Notes: generated from the letters alone by a model not told the origin. Counted from the first letter of the stretch, positions 17,486 to 28,464 are shown. The stretch: DNA of 64,000 nucleotides from an uncultured Lachnospiraceae bacterium (GCA_947626915.1 CANQUA010000008.1:135-64134), one strand, 5' to 3'. Program-made: numbers and translations.

Positions 17486-19942
17486 TTACAGCTCTACTTT
17501 TACTTTCTGCAGATGCCAGATCTCGTTGACGTACTCCTGAATCGTACGGTCAGAAGAGAACTTGCCGGAGTGAGCCACGTTGAGGATCGCCGCCTTCGCC
17601 CAGCGCTGACGGTCGCGGTAAGCCTGGTCTACCCTCCGGTGCGCTTCCGCATAGGACCAGAAATCTTTCAGGATGAAATACGTATCCGCCCGGTCGCTGG
17701 AGTTGGTATTCAGCAGGGAATCGTAAATATCCCTAAACAGCTCCGGATTCTGGGGAGAATAATAGCCGTTGATCAGCTGCATCAGGATCCGCCGGATCTC
17801 CGGATCGTGGTTGAAGATGTCCATGGGGTAATAGCCGCCGTTCTTCTCGTAGTTGATGACCTCATTGGCCGACATTCCGAAGATAAAGGCGTTCTCCTGC
17901 CCTACTTCTTCCACGATCTCCACGTTGGCGCCGTCCATGGTCCCCAGCGTCAGCGCGCCGTTTAACATAAACTTCATGTTGCCGGTGCCGGAAGCCTCCT
18001 TGCTGGCCGTGGAGATCTGCTCGCTGACGTCCGCCGCCGCAAAAATGATCTCCGCGTTGCTGACGCGGTACTCCTCAATGAACACGACCTTGAGTTTCCC
18101 CTTGATGGACGGGTCGTTGTTGACCACCTCCGCCACGGAATTGATCAGCTTGATGGTCAGCTTCGCCCGCTTGTAGCCTGCCGCCGCTTTCGCGCCGAAG
18201 ATAAAGGTCCTGGGCACCATATCCAGGTCCGGATTATCTTTCAGCTTCGAATACAGGTACATCACATGGAGGATGTTCATCAGCTGCCGCTTGTACTCGT
18301 GCAGACGCTTCACCTGCACGTCGAAAATGGAGTTGGGATCCACGTCGATGTTGTTGTATTTTTTGATGTACGCAGCCAGACGGAGCTTATTCTGGTACTT
18401 GATGTCCATAAACTCCTTCTGGGCCTGTGGATCGTCGGCGTACCAGGCCAGGGCGTTGATCCTGGGCAGGTCGGTGACCCACTCGTCGGTGCCGATCTTT
18501 TTCGTGACCCACTCGGCCAGCAGAGGGTTGCCGTGAAGCAGGAAGCGGCGCTGGGTGATGCCGTTGGTCTTGTTGTTGAATTTCCACGGGGTCATCTGGT
18601 AGAAATCTTTCAGCTCCTGGTTCTCCAGGATCTCTGTGTGGAGCCGGGCCACGCCGTTGACGGAGAAGCTGCCGGCAATGGCCAGATACGCCATGCGCAC
18701 CTGCCCGTTGTAGAGGATCGCCATACGGGCCACCTTGCCCTCGTCGCCGGGATACATCTGGCGAATCTGGTTGACAAAGCGGCGGTTGATCTCCTCCACG
18801 ATCTGGTAGACCCTGGGCAGCAGCCGCTTAAACAGGTCGATGGGCCATTTTTCCAGGGCCTCCGCCATGATCGTATGGTTGGTATAGGCGCAGGTCCTGG
18901 TCGTCACGTCCCAGGCCTCGTCCCAGGTCAGTCCCTCTTCGTCGATCAGGATGCGCATCAGTTCCGGCACGGCCACCGTCGGATGGGTGTCGTTTAACTG
19001 GAATACATTCTTCTCGTGGAAATGGCGCACATCCGCGTGATGCGCCTTATACTTTTTCACCGCCCTCTGGACGCTGGCGGAAATGAAGAAATACTGCTGT
19101 TTCAGACGAAGCTCCTTGCCGGCGATATGATTGTCGTTGGGATACAGGACCTCGCAGATGTTCTTCGCCAGGTTCTCCTGCTCCACGGCCTTCTGATAGT
19201 CGCCCTTGTCGAAGGAATCCAGGTTAAACATATTGATGGGCTGGGCGTCCCAGATCCGCAGGGTATTGACCACGTTGTTGCCGTAGCCGACGATCGGCAT
19301 GTCGTAGGGAACCGCCATAACCGACTGGTAGCCCTCCTGGACGAAGCGCTGCCGGCCGCCCTCCCAGATTTCCTTCACATAGCCGCCGAATTTTACTTCG
19401 GTAGAATACTCGGAGCGGCGCACCTCAAAGGGGTTGCCGTCCACCAGCCACGGATCGGGAACCTCCACCTGGAACCCGTTCTCGATCTTCTGCCGGAACA
19501 TGCCGTAGCGGTAGCGGATGCCGCAGCCGTACGCCGGGTAGCCCAGCGTCGCCAGGGAATCCAGAAAGCAGGCGGCCAGACGGCCCAGACCGCCGTTCCC
19601 CAGCGCTGCGTCCGGTTCCTGGTCCTCGATCACGTTCAGATCGAAGCCCATCTCCTCCAGCGCCTCGCGGATCTGGTCGTGAGCCATCAGATTGATGATA
19701 TTGTTGCCCAGGGCGCGGCCCATCAGAAACTCCATGGACAGATAGTACACGATCTTCGCGTCCTGCTTATCGTATTGCTTGTGGGTGGCGATCCACTCGT
19801 CCACGATGATATCCTTTACTGCGAACGCTACGGCCTGGAATACCTCCTGGGGCGTCGCGTCCTCCACCTGCTTGCGGTACTTGCTCTTCAGCGTATAAAC
19901 GATCCCGCGCTTAAATTCTTCTTTGTCAAATGATGCGTTCAT
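17486..19942 (-). CDS. glgP: Glycogen/starch phosphorylase
   Basis: LGNGGLGRLAAC, QLNDTHP, KRLHEYKRQ, EASGTGNMKF; start at MNASF. Confidence 0.96.
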   Translation of the reverse strand: MNASFDKEEFKRGIVYTLKSKYRKQVEDATPQEVFQAVAFAVKDIIVDEWIATHKQYDKQDAKIVYYLSMEFLMGRALGNNIINLMAHDQIREALEEMGFDLNVIEDQEPDAALGNGGLGRLAACFLDSLATLGYPAYGCGIRYRYGMFRQKIENGFQVEVPDPWLVDGNPFEVRRSEYSTEVKFGGYVKEIWEGGRQRFVQEGYQSVMAVPYDMPIVGYGNNVVNTLRIWDAQPINMFNLDSFDKGDYQKAVEQENLAKNICEVLYPNDNHIAGKELRLKQQYFFISASVQRAVKKYKAHHADVRHFHEKNVFQLNDTHPTVAVPELMRILIDEEGLTWDEAWDVTTRTCAYTNHTIMAEALEKWPIDLFKRLLPRVYQIVEEINRRFVNQIRQMYPGDEGKVARMAILYNGQVRMAYLAIAGSFSVNGVARLHTEILENQELKDFYQMTPWKFNNKTNGITQRRFLLHGNPLLAEWVTKKIGTDEWVTDLPRINALAWYADDPQAQKEFMDIKYQNKLRLAAYIKKYNNIDVDPNSIFDVQVKRLHEYKRQLMNILHVMYLYSKLKDNPDLDMVPRTFIFGAKAAAGYKRAKLTIKLINSVAEVVNNDPSIKGKLKVVFIEEYRVSNAEIIFAAADVSEQISTASKEASGTGNMKFMLNGALTLGTMDGANVEIVEEVGQENAFIFGMSANEVINYEKNGGYYPMDIFNHDPEIRRILMQLINGYYSPQNPELFRDIYDSLLNTNSSDRADTYFILKDFWSYAEAHRRVDQAYRDRQRWAKAAILNVAHSGKFSSDRTIQEYVNEIWHLQKVKVEL

Positions 19943-20087
19943 GTCTGCAATATCTCCTCTACTGGTCTTGATGCACAATGGCGGCGGCTTTTCTGGCTCT
20001 TCCTCTCATAACCGGACGGTTCCTCCCGGCCCCCTGAAATCCCCGGCGTCTCCGCACCGCCTGCGCAGCGGCGCCTTAAGGGAACCC

Positions 20088-23000
20088 TCATCCGCGCCTC
20101 TGCACGCCGAGCGTAACCTCTTCGCCGTTAATATTCCATTCTTTGACATAACCTTCCGTCCGGCCGGACACGATTCCCTCCGCCAGGACCTCTGACCGGA
20201 TCTCTTCGCCATGCTCCGCGAAAATCCGGCTGATCTTCTCATTTTCCTGCTCATAGACCAGAATATGGTCCATGACCTCAAATCCGGCCTCCTTGCGCAT
20301 GGTCTGCAGCTTGCTGACCAGTTCGCGGACAAAGCCTTCCTCGATCAGCTCCGGCGTCAGATTGGCGTCCAGCACCACGGTTACCACGCTGTCCGCCTCG
20401 GACACGTAGCCGGGCTTCTGGGACATATCGATCAGCAGGTCCTCCTCGGTCAGCACAACCGGGCCGCTGCCGAAATCAAAGGTCAGCGCGCCGGAAGCCT
20501 TCAGCGTATCCATCGCCTCATTCCCGTCCGCTTCCGCCAGCGCCTTGCGGATATTTCCCAGCTGTTTCCCGTATTTGGGGCCGACCGTCCTGAGCTGCGG
20601 CTTGAAGGTATAGGACGTAAACTCCCTCACGTCTTCCGTAAACACGGCCTTTTTCACATTCAGTTCATCCTCAATGATCTCCAGATAGAACTGGGAAAGA
20701 GCGGCCGGGGCCTTGATGAACATCTGCCTTAAGGGCTGGCGGTTCTTCAGATTGGCCGTATTTCTGGCCGCGCGGCCCATTACCACCACATGGAGCACCT
20801 CGTCCATGTCGGCTTCCAGCTGCGGGTCGTCGAAGACCTCCTCCGCCGTCGGGAAGTCGCACAGATGGATGCTCTCCGGGGCGGTTTTGTCCACGCTGCA
20901 GACCAGGTTCCGGTAGATCGCCTCGGTCATAAAGGGGATCATGGGAGCGGCGGCCTTGCAGACCGTCACCAGCGCCGTGTAAAGGGTCATGTAAGCGTTC
21001 ACCTTATCCTGCTCCATGCCCTTGGCCCAGAAACGTTCCCGGCTGCGGCGGACGTACCAGTTGCTTAAGTCATCCACAAAATCCTCCAGCATGGCGGCGG
21101 CTTCGGGGACCCGGTACTGATCCAGATTCTCATCCACGCCCCTGACCATCGTATTCATCTTGGCCAGGATCCACCGGTCCATCACTGAGAGCTTCTCATA
21201 CTCCAGCGTATGCTCCAGCGGGTCAAACTCATCAATATTCGCGTACAGCACGAAAAATGCGTAAGTATTCCAAAGGGTCCCCATGAATTTGCGCTGGCCC
21301 TCCTGGACGATCTTGCCGGAGAATCGCTTGGGCAGCCAGGGAGCCCCGCTGGTGTAGAAATACCACCGGATTGCATCCGCGCCATAGGTTTCCAGCGCCT
21401 CAAAGGGATCCACGGCATTGCCCTTGGACTTGCTCATCTTCTGTCCGTTCTCGTCCTGGACATGGCCCAGCACGATGACGTTCTCATAGGGCGATTTGTT
21501 AAACAGCAGCGTAGACTCCGCCATCAGGGAGTGGAACCACCCTCTGGTCTGGTCCACGGCCTCAGAGATAAACTGAGCCGGGAACTGCTGCTCGAACAGA
21601 TCCTGATTTTCAAAAGGATAATGATGCTGGGCAAACGGCATGGCCCCGGAGTCGAACCAGCAGTCGATGACCTCGGGAACCCGGTGCATCGTCTTCCCGC
21701 ACTTCGGGCAGGGGAACGTCACCTCGTCGATATAAGGACGGTGCAGCTCCACTTTCGCCGCCTGCAGGTCGCCGCTCAGATCCGCCAGCTCCTGACGGCT
21801 GCCGACGCAGATCTGATTGCCGCACTCACATTCCCAGATGTTTAAGGGCGTGCCCCAGTAACGGTTCCGGGAGATGGCCCAGTCCTGAATATTTTCCAGC
21901 CAGTTGCCGAAACGTCCCTTGCCGATGGAATCGGGGATCCAGTTGACCGTGTTGTTGTTGCGGATCAGATCGTCCCGGACCGCGGTTTCCTTGATATACC
22001 AGGACTCGCGGGCGTAATAGATCAGAGGCGTGTCGCATCTCCAGCAGTGGGGATAGCTGTGCTCGAATTTGGGCGCGTCAAAAAGCAGGCCCTTCGCGTC
22101 CAGATCCCGCAGGACCATGGGGTCGGCTTTCTTTACGAACACGCCCGCGTAAGGGGTCTCCGCCGTCATATCGCCCTTCGCGTCCACCAGCTGGACGAAC
22201 GGCAGGTCATAGACGCGGCCCACCTTGGCGTCGTCCTCGCCGAAGGCCGGCGCGATATGGACCACGCCGGTGCCGTCGGTCAGCGTGACGTAGGAATCAC
22301 AGACCACATAATAGGCCTTCTTGCCCTGTTTTCTGCAAAGCTCCACCGCGCAGTCAAAAAGCGGCTCATATTCTTTATATTCCAGATCTTTTCCCGTATA
22401 TGTCTCCAGCACCTCATAGGCCGGCTTTCCGTTTTCCTTGTCCGCCAGCTTCCCAAGGACCGTATCCAGAAGCGCCTGGGCCATATAGTAGGTATAACCG
22501 TCCCCCGCTTTTACTTTCGCGTAGGTCTCTGCGGGGTTTACACAGAGCGCCACGTTGCTGGGCAGGGTCCATGGCGTAGTAGTCCACGCCAGGATGTAGG
22601 CGTCCTCGCCTTTCACTTTAAAGCGGGCGATGGCGGAGCGCTCCCTGATGTCCTTATAGCCCTGGGCCACCTCCGCCGTCGAAAGCGGGGTCCCGCAGCG
22701 CGGGCAGTACGGCACGATCTTGAAGCCTTTATAGAGAAGTCCCTTGTCCCAGATGGTCTTTAAGGCCCACCACTCGGACTCGATATAATCGTCGTGATAG
22801 GTCACGTAAGGATGGTCCATGTCCGCCCAGAAACCCACGGTGCCGGAAAAATCTTCCCACATGCCTTTGTATTTCCAGACGCTTTCCTTGCATTTGTCAA
22901 TGAACGGTTCCAGGCCGTATTCCTCGATCTGGTCCTTGCCGTTTAAACCCAGCAGTTTCTCCACCTCGATCTCCACCGGGAGTCCGTGGGTGTCCCATCC

Positions 23001-23255
23001 GGCCTTTCTCGGGACCATATAACCTTTCATGGTCCTGTATCTGGGGATCATATCCTTGATGACGCGGGTCTCCACATGGCCGATATGGGGTTTGCCGTTG
23101 GCGGTCGGCGGGCCGTCGTAAAACGTGTAGGTAGGGCAGCCCTCCCTGAGTTCCATGCTCTTCTCGAAAATTTTTTCATCCTTCCAGAATTTTTCTACTT
23201 CTTTCTCTCGCTCCACAAATTTCAGGTCTGTGGAGACTTTCGCATACTTTGGCAT
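20088..23255 (-). CDS. ileS: Isoleucine--tRNA ligase (type 2, long form)
   Basis: PHIGH, GWDTHGLP, KMSKSKGN; upstream T-box with Ile specifier. Confidence 0.97.
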   Translation of the reverse strand: MPKYAKVSTDLKFVEREKEVEKFWKDEKIFEKSMELREGCPTYTFYDGPPTANGKPHIGHVETRVIKDMIPRYRTMKGYMVPRKAGWDTHGLPVEIEVEKLLGLNGKDQIEEYGLEPFIDKCKESVWKYKGMWEDFSGTVGFWADMDHPYVTYHDDYIESEWWALKTIWDKGLLYKGFKIVPYCPRCGTPLSTAEVAQGYKDIRERSAIARFKVKGEDAYILAWTTTPWTLPSNVALCVNPAETYAKVKAGDGYTYYMAQALLDTVLGKLADKENGKPAYEVLETYTGKDLEYKEYEPLFDCAVELCRKQGKKAYYVVCDSYVTLTDGTGVVHIAPAFGEDDAKVGRVYDLPFVQLVDAKGDMTAETPYAGVFVKKADPMVLRDLDAKGLLFDAPKFEHSYPHCWRCDTPLIYYARESWYIKETAVRDDLIRNNNTVNWIPDSIGKGRFGNWLENIQDWAISRNRYWGTPLNIWECECGNQICVGSRQELADLSGDLQAAKVELHRPYIDEVTFPCPKCGKTMHRVPEVIDCWFDSGAMPFAQHHYPFENQDLFEQQFPAQFISEAVDQTRGWFHSLMAESTLLFNKSPYENVIVLGHVQDENGQKMSKSKGNAVDPFEALETYGADAIRWYFYTSGAPWLPKRFSGKIVQEGQRKFMGTLWNTYAFFVLYANIDEFDPLEHTLEYEKLSVMDRWILAKMNTMVRGVDENLDQYRVPEAAAMLEDFVDDLSNWYVRRSRERFWAKGMEQDKVNAYMTLYTALVTVCKAAAPMIPFMTEAIYRNLVCSVDKTAPESIHLCDFPTAEEVFDDPQLEADMDEVLHVVVMGRAARNTANLKNRQPLRQMFIKAPAALSQFYLEIIEDELNVKKAVFTEDVREFTSYTFKPQLRTVGPKYGKQLGNIRKALAEADGNEAMDTLKASGALTFDFGSGPVVLTEEDLLIDMSQKPGYVSEADSVVTVVLDANLTPELIEEGFVRELVSKLQTMRKEAGFEVMDHILVYEQENEKISRIFAEHGEEIRSEVLAEGIVSGRTEGYVKEWNINGEEVTLGVQRRG

Positions 23256-23396
23256 TTCATTAACCTCCATAAAAATGCTTTTTCCCATGGTACCGCCCCG
23301 TACAGCATCTCCGGCCGCCGCGCCCGCCTTCCGCCCGGGCGCTTCCGGCATCCCATCCGGCTCCGCGCACGTTCCCGCGCAGACCCGCTCTCACAT

Positions 23397-23670
23397 AAAA
23401 AAGCCTTCGTCCCCGTAATGAGGACGAAAGCCTGCGCGTACTTCGTTGTACCACCTATTACCATACCAACATATGTCTCCCTTCTAACGGCGGGAAAACC
23501 GGCAGGACCTACTGGGAAGCATCGGAATGCTCCTCTCTTCGTTTTCAGTCCGCGACTCGGGAGTGATCTTCGCCGTCTGCGCTACTGGTACCGGACTCAC
23601 ACCCTCTCCGGCTCGCTGGAACTCTCACCCAGGACTACTGTCTCCGTCTGCGTCTTTCGGTCTTTGAAAG
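23397..23670 (-). ncRNA. T-box riboswitch (Ile)
   Basis: Specifier GAAG-ATC (ATC at 23567-23565), T-box GGTGGTACAACG (23455-23444), terminator hairpin plus T6 (23431-23397). Confidence 0.9.
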
Positions 23671-23681
23671 ATTTCTTTCTC

Positions 23682-23710
23682 ATTATAATTAGGAGAGCTC
23701 CCGTTGTCAA
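23682..23710 (-). promoter_or_regulatory. sigmaA promoter of ileS
   Basis: TTGACA-17 bp-TATAAT exact consensus. Confidence 0.9.
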
Positions 23711-23746
23711 GAAGATTTTTCAAGGCTGCTTTTTTCCGGAAATTTT

Positions 23747-24319
23747 CTATTTTTTCATCAGACCGGCGCCGCTGTGCCACGCCTGGCCGACCTTTTTCTC
23801 TACCGCGTAATAACCGTTCTGCATCTGGTCAAACGCGAATGCATGGAGCCGGGCGGCGTCGATCTGTCCCTTCTCATCCAGCACCTTTTCGTCTGCCAGC
23901 ACATTGACGATCCGGCCGAGGACCCGCAGACCATAGGGCTCCTCCTCCAGCCTTTCCACCGTACATTCCAGGGTCACCGGATATTCCTCGATCACCGGCG
24001 CATCCACGCGTTTGCTCTTCACCGCATGAAGCCCGGTGCGGGCAAATTTATCCGCCATTTTATTGGACGTGGCGATCCCGAAAAAGTCGGACGCCTCCAG
24101 GGTATCCGTCCCGGGAACCGCCAGGGTGAACGCGCCTCTCGCCCGTATATTGGCCACCGTCTTATGATCCGCTTCCAGATTCAGCGCTGCCATGTTCTCC
24201 GCGCAGATCCCGCCCCAGGCCATCATCATCACATCTACGGTATCGTCCTCATTGTAAGTACCGATCATATAGGTCGGCATGGGAAACAGATACGGCTGTA
24301 CTCCAAAATCTTTCTTCAT
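23747..24319 (-). CDS. Flavin reductase family protein
   Basis: MAWGG, HKTVANI, DAPVIEEYPVTLEC; start at MKKDF. Confidence 0.85.
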   Translation of the reverse strand: MKKDFGVQPYLFPMPTYMIGTYNEDDTVDVMMMAWGGICAENMAALNLEADHKTVANIRARGAFTLAVPGTDTLEASDFFGIATSNKMADKFARTGLHAVKSKRVDAPVIEEYPVTLECTVERLEEEPYGLRVLGRIVNVLADEKVLDEKGQIDAARLHAFAFDQMQNGYYAVEKKVGQAWHSGAGLMKK

Positions 24320-24450
24320 GCTCTTCACTCCTTTTTGATTTTCCAATGACCCCGTATTGACTTTCCGGGTCTCAACGCTATAATTGTAATGGGCGCCCGT
24401 CATGAATACAAGTACGCACATGAAAGATATATACTATCCCGGAGGAAAGT

Positions 24451-24786
24451 ATGATGAGAAAAGAATGTATCGCCGACTGCCGTCTGGAGGACACCGGATT
24501 CAATTACACCATGTCTCTCATACAGGGCAAATATAAAATGTTCATCCTGTATACGCTGATGGAATTTACGGTGGTGCGGTTCAATGAAATGCAGAAATAC
24601 ATCGGAAGCATCACTTACAAGACGCTGAGCGCCACGCTGAAGCAGCTGGAAGCCGACGGTCTGATCAGCCGGAAAGAATATCCGCAGATTCCGCCCAAGG
24701 TGGAATACCGCCTGACGGAGCGCGGAAAATCCCTGATCCCCATTCTCGACCAGATGTGCGAATGGGGCGACCAGAACCGTCTCTGA
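24451..24786 (+). CDS. HxlR-family transcriptional regulator
   Basis: GKYK...RFNEM...KTLSATLKQLE...IPPKVEYRLT; divergent from the flavin reductase gene. Confidence 0.92.
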   Translation: MMRKECIADCRLEDTGFNYTMSLIQGKYKMFILYTLMEFTVVRFNEMQKYIGSITYKTLSATLKQLEADGLISRKEYPQIPPKVEYRLTERGKSLIPILDQMCEWGDQNRL

Positions 24787-24855
24787 ACAAATTCAGGCAG
24801 GGCGCCGCAGGAGATGTCCTCCCGGACGCCCTGATCCTTCTTCCTCTCTCCCGTC

Positions 24856-27522
24856 TCATCCCCGGCAGGGATATTTCACCAGCAGCTGATAGGTTCCTGC
24901 CTCCAGCGCCACATGCCCGTCCGCCGCCCGGCAGGGCCATGGCGCTTTTTCAATCCGGACTTCTCCGCCGCAAAGTTCCGGCGGAATCACAAAATCCGCC
25001 GTTGTGTCAAACGGAACCGTCACGGTAAAGCGTACCCCTTCCTCCGTCCGCTCCCATCTGCTTTCAATCCACCCGTAGGGACTGTTGAAGCGCAGTTTTG
25101 CATGGGAGAACCGGCGGTCCGGCTCCGGTTTAACCGTAAAAGCCTTAAAACCGGCCTGCGTCTCGCCGGGATTCAGTCCGCCCAGCGACCGGTACATCCA
25201 CTCCAGGACGGAGCCATAGGCATAGTGGTTCAGACTGTTCATCCCCGTATCGCTGACGCGGCCGTCCGGCAGCACGGAGTTCCAGCGCTCCCAGACCGTG
25301 GTGGCCCCCAGATTGACCTCATAGAGCCAGCTGGGATAATCTTCATTCAGAAGCAGCGTATACGCGTAATCTGAAAGCCCGTTCTCCGAAAGCGTTTCGC
25401 AGAGATAGGCTGTGCCCACAAAGCCGGTGGTCAGATGGATCCCCTCCTCGTCCAGCTTCCGCTTCAGGGTCTGTACGGTCCGTTCTTTCGCCCATTCCGG
25501 CACGATGCCAAAATGCAGCGCCAATACCAGAGCGGTCTGGCTGTCCGCCGCCAGACGGCCGGTGGGCGTAAAATACTCCTGCTGCATCGCCCGGCGCACC
25601 GATTCGGCCACCTGCCGGTATTCCTCCGCCTCTTCCACTTTTCCCAGCGCCTCCGCCGCCTTCGCCGTCAGCTCCGCCGAATACAGATAATAGGCACTGG
25701 CAATATAATAGGGATCCGTCCCGCCGAAGCTGGAACCCTGGTGGTAATTATCCAGCGCCAGCCAGTCGGCATAATGGAAGCCGTGATCCCAGAGATGCCG
25801 GCTGCCGCAGAAATCCCGGTCCACGCTGCGGATATAATCCGTCCAGAGCTTCATATTCTCATACTGAGCCGCCAGCAGGGTTTTGTCCCCGCTGAACACA
25901 TAAGAGGTCCACGGTATGACCGTCGCCGCGTCGCCCCATGCGCAGGAAGCCCCGTTATGTTCCGGGCTGGAAATATCCCGGCCCAGGATCCGGTCGATCT
26001 GGTTCAACACGTCAGGAACCACAAACGGAACCGCGCCTCTCCGCTCCGGCTGCCGCTGTTCCATGAGCATTTCCGCCAGATAATTCCTGTAAAACGGCGC
26101 GCACTGCATATTGAAGCTGGCCGTGGCGCAGAAAGCCTGGGCGTCTCCCGTCCAGCCCAGCCGCTCGTCGCGCTGGGGGCAGTCGGTAGGAATATCCAGG
26201 AAATTCCCTTTCTGGCCCCAGACCGCGTTCTCAATGAGCCGGTTTACTTTCGTATGATCCGTCGTCAGATACCCGATCCTTTTCAGGTCTGAATGAAGCA
26301 CACAGGCAGTAAAACCGGCCGCCTCCGGATCCGCGATTCCTTCCACCTTCACATATCGGAACCCGTAGAACGTGAAATGGGGCCGCACCCTGGTTTCTTT
26401 CCCATCGGAATAATAGGTAAATTTCTGCTCCGCGCTTCTTAAATTCTCCGTATAGAAATTTCCCTGCTGCAGGATCTCCCCGAACTGCAGCGCGATCTTC
26501 GTATCCCTCGGCGTACGGTTCGTGAACGTCACGATCCCCGTGATCTCCTGTCCGAAATCCAGCACCGTTTCTCCTGCGGGCGTATGGAGGATCTCCTTCG
26601 GGGCCAGGGTCTCCTGCACCGTGACCGGAACGCTCAAACGGGGCTGCAGCCGTCCGGACAGATCCTCGCCCGGTACCGCATGATCCCAGTTTCCCGTGTC
26701 GCATCCGGCCGTCCCGAACCCCTCCGCCTCCAGCCGGCTGTCATAAATTTCTCCGTCGTAGATGCTGTCTGCCAGAACCGGCGACCTGCGGCAAAGAAAG
26801 TCCGTATCCGAACAGACCGAGATCGTCTCCCCCGTCTCCGTTTCGATCTTCAGCTCGCAGATCAGCGTCTGTGTATCTCCGAACAGACAGTCCATCCGGC
26901 CCACATAACCGAATCTTCCCTTGTACCAGCCGTTGCCCAAAAGAACGCCCAGGGCGTTTTCCCCCGCATGCAGCTGCTCCGCCACGTCGTAGCTCTGGTA
27001 CTGGATCCGCCTGCAGTAATTATTGTAATATGGCGTCAGATACTCCTGCGACACCCTTTCGCCGTTTAAATACGCCTCGTACAGTCCCAGTCCGCAGATA
27101 TACAGCCTGGCCTTCCTGATTTTCTTCCCGCTCAGATCGAATTTTCTCAAAAACATGGCGTGTTCTTCTTTATCAAACGGCGCGCGGATCCACATGCCCC
27201 CGATCTTCTCCGGAGCAGTCTCGAAAAAAGCCGCGCCGCTGACCGCCTCGCCGCCTGCGTCGTCGCGGACCGAAGCTCTCCAGTAGTACCGGCTCTCCGG
27301 TTCCGGCACGAACTCCGGCACAAAACACTTGTTGTCGATGTCCGTCCTCCAGCCGGTGTCCAGCACCATCTCCTCAAATCCGGCGTCCCTGGCGATCTCG
27401 ATTCTCTGGAAACTGCTTTTCTTCCCCCGGCTCTCCGTTACCTTGTAGGAAAGGACTGCCGGTTCCAGCCGGTAGCCGATGGGCCCCGCAATGTGATTGG
27501 TCTCCAACTCCACAATTTTCAT
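24856..27522 (-). CDS. Alpha-L-rhamnosidase (GH78)
   Basis: LDFGQE, PTDCPQRDERLGWTGDA, TTVWERWNS, SLNHYAYG; start at MKIVELE. Confidence 0.92.
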   Translation of the reverse strand: MKIVELETNHIAGPIGYRLEPAVLSYKVTESRGKKSSFQRIEIARDAGFEEMVLDTGWRTDIDNKCFVPEFVPEPESRYYWRASVRDDAGGEAVSGAAFFETAPEKIGGMWIRAPFDKEEHAMFLRKFDLSGKKIRKARLYICGLGLYEAYLNGERVSQEYLTPYYNNYCRRIQYQSYDVAEQLHAGENALGVLLGNGWYKGRFGYVGRMDCLFGDTQTLICELKIETETGETISVCSDTDFLCRRSPVLADSIYDGEIYDSRLEAEGFGTAGCDTGNWDHAVPGEDLSGRLQPRLSVPVTVQETLAPKEILHTPAGETVLDFGQEITGIVTFTNRTPRDTKIALQFGEILQQGNFYTENLRSAEQKFTYYSDGKETRVRPHFTFYGFRYVKVEGIADPEAAGFTACVLHSDLKRIGYLTTDHTKVNRLIENAVWGQKGNFLDIPTDCPQRDERLGWTGDAQAFCATASFNMQCAPFYRNYLAEMLMEQRQPERRGAVPFVVPDVLNQIDRILGRDISSPEHNGASCAWGDAATVIPWTSYVFSGDKTLLAAQYENMKLWTDYIRSVDRDFCGSRHLWDHGFHYADWLALDNYHQGSSFGGTDPYYIASAYYLYSAELTAKAAEALGKVEEAEEYRQVAESVRRAMQQEYFTPTGRLAADSQTALVLALHFGIVPEWAKERTVQTLKRKLDEEGIHLTTGFVGTAYLCETLSENGLSDYAYTLLLNEDYPSWLYEVNLGATTVWERWNSVLPDGRVSDTGMNSLNHYAYGSVLEWMYRSLGGLNPGETQAGFKAFTVKPEPDRRFSHAKLRFNSPYGWIESRWERTEEGVRFTVTVPFDTTADFVIPPELCGGEVRIEKAPWPCRAADGHVALEAGTYQLLVKYPCRG

Positions 27523-27666
27523 AAACCGTACCTCCTGTTTTTCCTTTTCCTCTATCTGATACCGCGCTCTTTCCCGGCGCGCAGACCGGCCGCGGCCCCT
27601 GATACGTCCCGGTTCCGGCTGACAGCCCCTGCCGCGGTTCTGACGGCCCGATACCATCCGTCCCGT

Positions 27667-28464
27667 CTACTCCAGAGCCAGATCCGACGGCAGCGCCGGA
27701 TTCGCCAGCCTCCACTCGCAGCCGTCCAGCCCGCGCTCCACCTCAGCCCAGAGCATCCAGGTCGCCATATCGTCTGTCCCGTATTCGGGGACCTCATGCG
27801 ACAATGTAACCGTGACGGTATCGTCTTCTCTGACCGCCGCCTCGATCCCGATCCTGACGGAGCCGCTGTTCACCGTCTCCACCACGATCAGCAGCGCCCG
27901 TTCCGCGAAAAATTTCTCGCCGTATTCCTCCGTCCGCAGCTCGTACGGCAGTTTTTCCGGCGAATCCGCATAGGAAACCGAGTGCCTGCGGCCGATGTAA
28001 GTCAGGCGCATCCTGCCGCGCTCTTCAAAAGGAACCGTCCCTGCCGGGGAAACGCCCTTTTCCGATCCCCAAAACTCTCCCGCCCGGAGCTTCCCCACCG
28101 TGGGTTCTTCTCTCTCCGTTTCCGGAAAACCGGCTGTCTCAGGAGCAGGGCTTTCCGCAGCTTCCGTCCCGGGATTTTCCATCATGCGTTCTTCTTCCGT
28201 TTCCGGAAAACCGGCTGTCTCAGGGGCAGGGCTTTCCGCAGCTTCCGTCCCGGGATTTTCCATCACGCGCTCTTCTCTCTCCGTTTCCGGAAAACCTGCT
28301 GTTTCACCCGCGGTACTTTCTGCCGCTTCCGTCTCAGAATTTTCCATCACACGTTCTTCTCCCTCTGCCTCCGGAAAACCGCCGGCCTCAGGCGCGGGGC
28401 CCGTCAGTTCTCCCGCCCCCAAAGCAAGCGCCGTGCACACGATCACAGCCATCTGTCTCAGCAT
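27667..28464 (-). CDS. Exported acidic repeat protein with a small C-terminal domain (PrcB-C-like)
   Basis: Signal-like MLRQMAVIVCTALALGAG, then about 3.5 copies of GFPETE.EERVMENPGTEAAESPAPET. Confidence 0.65.
   Translation of the reverse strand: MLRQMAVIVCTALALGAGELTGPAPEAGGFPEAEGEERVMENSETEAAESTAGETAGFPETEREERVMENPGTEAAESPAPETAGFPETEEERMMENPGTEAAESPAPETAGFPETEREEPTVGKLRAGEFWGSEKGVSPAGTVPFEERGRMRLTYIGRRHSVSYADSPEKLPYELRTEEYGEKFFAERALLIVVETVNSGSVRIGIEAAVREDDTVTVTLSHEVPEYGTDDMATWMLWAEVERGLDGCEWRLANPALPSDLALE
28100..28390 (-). repeat. Coding tandem repeat, 81-84 bp unit
   Basis: TCCGGAAAAC recurs at 28121, 28202, 28286 and 28370. Confidence 0.9.
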
